DNA of 29,584 bases from a virus (lineage: Duplodnaviria > Heunggongvirae > Uroviricota > Caudoviricetes): IMG/VR virus record IMGVR_UViG_2537561934_000015; one strand, written 5' to 3'. This document shows, one piece after another, positions 27,428 to 29,584 of the stretch. The notes beneath the pieces are model-generated. The model was not told where the DNA came from and ran no database searches. It worked only from the letters and a program-made list of their open reading frames with translations. The position numbers and the translations under genes were made by a program. How positions within the stretch are numbered: position 1 is the first letter of the stretch; every line of letters starts with the position of its first letter.

Positions 27428-28321
27428 ATGAAAAATATAATTTTTTCTATAGGTGCATCATTTATATCAATTAGTGTACTGCCTGTTCACGCAGCAACTG
27501 AACATAATAACTTCAATGCAGTACTCCAGTGCCGAGCAATAGAAAATAATAAAGACAGACTTTCTTGTTACGATAAGTCAATACAACCGACTCGAACGAA
27601 AGTTGCTGAAAAATTCGAAAGCAGAGATCAATGCCCTGATGAGAAAGATGATGACAGACGTTTATCTTGTTATGATCGTTTTTTTTCTCCAACATTTACT
27701 CCATCTGTAAACTCAAAATCTAAAACGGAAAAGCCAGTAACAACAGAGGCTCAGCAACCAAATCTTTCTGAGATATCTAAATGCCGAGCAGAAAATGATA
27801 AAGAAGCCAGACTAAACTGCTACGATAAACTATTCCCACAGGATAAAGCTGTTCAAGCTGAATCAAAATTAGAGAAAGCCACAGATGTAGGAAAATGGCA
27901 CACATCCATTACTACATCGCCAATTGATGATTCGAAAAATGTAATTTTATCGTTAGAAAGTGATGATTATATCAGAACTCCATTTGGAGAAGCGGTTACT
28001 CCCACTCTGTTTATAGCTTGCCGAGAAAAGAAAACCGAAGTATTTCTTAGTTGGGATGTATATTTAGGCCTTGAACAAACCAGCATGCTTTATCGTCTTG
28101 ATAAACAGAAAGCAGTTGAGCGAAACTGGCTAGTATCTACAGATACAAAGGCTGTTTTTTATAAAGGTAATGACATTGATTTCATCCGAAAACTAGCCAA
28201 CTCAAACAAAATGTATACAAAAATAACTCCTTATAATGAGAGCCCTGTAAGTGCAACTTTCAATTTAAACGGCCTGTCAAACGCGCTAAAACCACTTCAA
28301 GCTGCTTGTAACTGGAAATAG
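27428..28321 (+). CDS. Secreted repeat protein (297 aa) with signal peptide and three RL(S/N)CYD motifs
   Basis: N-terminal signal peptide MKNIIFSIGASFISISVLPVHA. Repeats DRLSCYDK, RRLSCYDR and ARLNCYDK, followed by a C-terminal domain. Starts 4 nt after the zinc-ribbon gene, so probably co-transcribed. Confidence 0.6.
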   Translation: MKNIIFSIGASFISISVLPVHAATEHNNFNAVLQCRAIENNKDRLSCYDKSIQPTRTKVAEKFESRDQCPDEKDDDRRLSCYDRFFSPTFTPSVNSKSKTEKPVTTEAQQPNLSEISKCRAENDKEARLNCYDKLFPQDKAVQAESKLEKATDVGKWHTSITTSPIDDSKNVILSLESDDYIRTPFGEAVTPTLFIACREKKTEVFLSWDVYLGLEQTSMLYRLDKQKAVERNWLVSTDTKAVFYKGNDIDFIRKLANSNKMYTKITPYNESPVSATFNLNGLSNALKPLQAACNWK

Positions 28322-28330
28322 CATAAATCA

Positions 28331-28392
28331 TGTGGCTTAGCCACAATCACAGATAACACAAAGCCCGTGAAAACGGGCTTTGTGTTATCTGT
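28331..28392. repeat. Two adjacent perfect palindromes/hairpins
   Basis: TGTGGCT-T-AGCCACA at 28331-28345. ACAGATAACACAAAGCCCG-TGAAAA-CGGGCTTTGTGTTATCTGT at 28349-28392 (19-bp arms). No T-run follows. Confidence 0.6.
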
Positions 28393-28588
28393 AACTCGAA
28401 AATGTGGTCACTACGTGGACACGTGCTGATATAAATCCTTTTATATCAATAAATTAAATCATCATTTTTTTCATCAACAAGGATTTTCACGTTTGTGTTA
28501 CCTGTATGAGACGAGAGTTAACCGGACAAGTGTGCCATAATCTCGCGGCCAGGCATACTTGCGAAGATTTCAGGTATAAGGATACGTA

Positions 28589-29584
28589 ATGATACAACCT
28601 ATTTCCGGCCCTCCTCCTGGGCAGCCACCAAGTCAGGGAGATAACCTGCCGTCTGGCGCGGGCAATCAGCCTTTATCCAGTCAGCAACGTACTTCGCTGG
28701 AAAGCTTAATGACGAAAGTGACCTCACTGACGCAACAGCAAAGAGCAGAACTGTGGGCGGGTATCAGGCACGATATTGGTCTGTCGGGAGATTCACCGCT
28801 GCTTTCGCGTCACTTCCCTGCCGCTGAACACAACCTGGCGCAACGTCTGCTGGCCGCGCAAAAAAGCCATTCTGCCCGCCAGCTTTTAGCGCAATTAGGG
28901 GAGTATTTACGTCTGGGGAATAATCGTCAGGCGGTCACGGATTATATCCGTCATAACTTTGGTCAGACGCCGCTGAATCAGCTCTCACCGGAGCAATTAA
29001 AAACCATTCTCACCCTGTTGCAGGAAGGGAAGATGGTTATTCCGCAACCGCAGCAGCGCGAGGCGACCGACCGTCCTTTATTACCGGCGGAGCACAATGC
29101 GCTCAAACAGCTGGTGACCAAACTTGCGGCGGCAACGGGGGAACCCAGCAAACAGATCTGGCAATCGATGCTGGAACTTTCCGGGGTGAAAGATGGCGAG
29201 TTAATTCCAGCGAAACTGTTTAACCATCTGGTGACCTGGCTGCAGGCGCGCCAGACGTTAAGCCAGCAAAATACGCCGACGCTGGAATCACTACAGATGG
29301 CGCTAAAACAACCTTTAGATGCCAGTGAATTGGCGGCGTTATCGGCATATATCCAGCAAAAATATGGCCTTTCTGCGCAATCATCGCTTTCTTCTGCCCA
29401 GGCCGAGGATATTCTTAATCAGCTTTATCAACGGCGGGTTAAAGGGATTGATCCGCGTGATATGCAACCGCTGCTTAATCCTTTTCCACCGATGATGGAC
29501 ACGTTGCAAAATATGGCAACGCGTCCCGCGCTGTGGATACTGTTAGTCGCGATTATCCTGATGCTGGTCTGGCTGGTTCGTTAG
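28589..29584 (+). CDS. Hypothetical Pro/Gln-rich protein with C-terminal transmembrane anchor (331 aa)
   Basis: ORF with AAGGA ribosome-binding site. N-terminus PPPGQPPSQG, Q/L-rich helical body, C-terminal hydrophobic helix ALWILLVAIILMLVWLV. Stop at the last base of the window. Typical enterobacterial composition. Confidence 0.6.
   Translation: MIQPISGPPPGQPPSQGDNLPSGAGNQPLSSQQRTSLESLMTKVTSLTQQQRAELWAGIRHDIGLSGDSPLLSRHFPAAEHNLAQRLLAAQKSHSARQLLAQLGEYLRLGNNRQAVTDYIRHNFGQTPLNQLSPEQLKTILTLLQEGKMVIPQPQQREATDRPLLPAEHNALKQLVTKLAAATGEPSKQIWQSMLELSGVKDGELIPAKLFNHLVTWLQARQTLSQQNTPTLESLQMALKQPLDASELAALSAYIQQKYGLSAQSSLSSAQAEDILNQLYQRRVKGIDPRDMQPLLNPFPPMMDTLQNMATRPALWILLVAIILMLVWLVR

Noticed and set aside
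1-29584. CRISPR arrays, IS elements, transposases, rRNA
   Set aside because: No regularly spaced direct repeats, no terminal inverted repeats flanking a transposase-like ORF, and no rRNA-like sequence seen by eye.

Overview
The window is dominated by a P2-like (peduovirus-type) myovirus late-gene cluster, about 2.2-26.5 kb, in an enterobacterial background. Gene order is portal Q and terminase P on the minus strand, then O-N-M-L-X, a lysis cassette, R-S-V-W-J-I, tail fibre H and its chaperone, and an Ogr-like zinc-finger activator at the right end. All calls rest on reading the six-frame translations and on recalled family features; no database search or computation was run, and GC statements are by eye. 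The prophage looks rearranged and probably defective: the sheath-tube-tape measure block FI-FII-E-T-U is inverted relative to H and D, and gene D is split across three reading-frame segments. A Mu G-segment-like invertible tail-fibre cassette with a Gin/Pin-family invertase sits where P2 carries Z/fun. The strongest candidate for an undescribed system is an AT-rich 340-aa gene inserted between D and ogr, which carries a HEPN-like R-x4-H motif. The cluster is flanked by plasmid-type stability loci: a ParM/ParR partition pair on the left and a hok/mok-like toxin locus on the right. Further accessory content is two small unknown ORFs on the left and an AT-rich membrane/secreted gene pair on the right. 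No tRNA, rRNA, CRISPR array or IS element was recognised.
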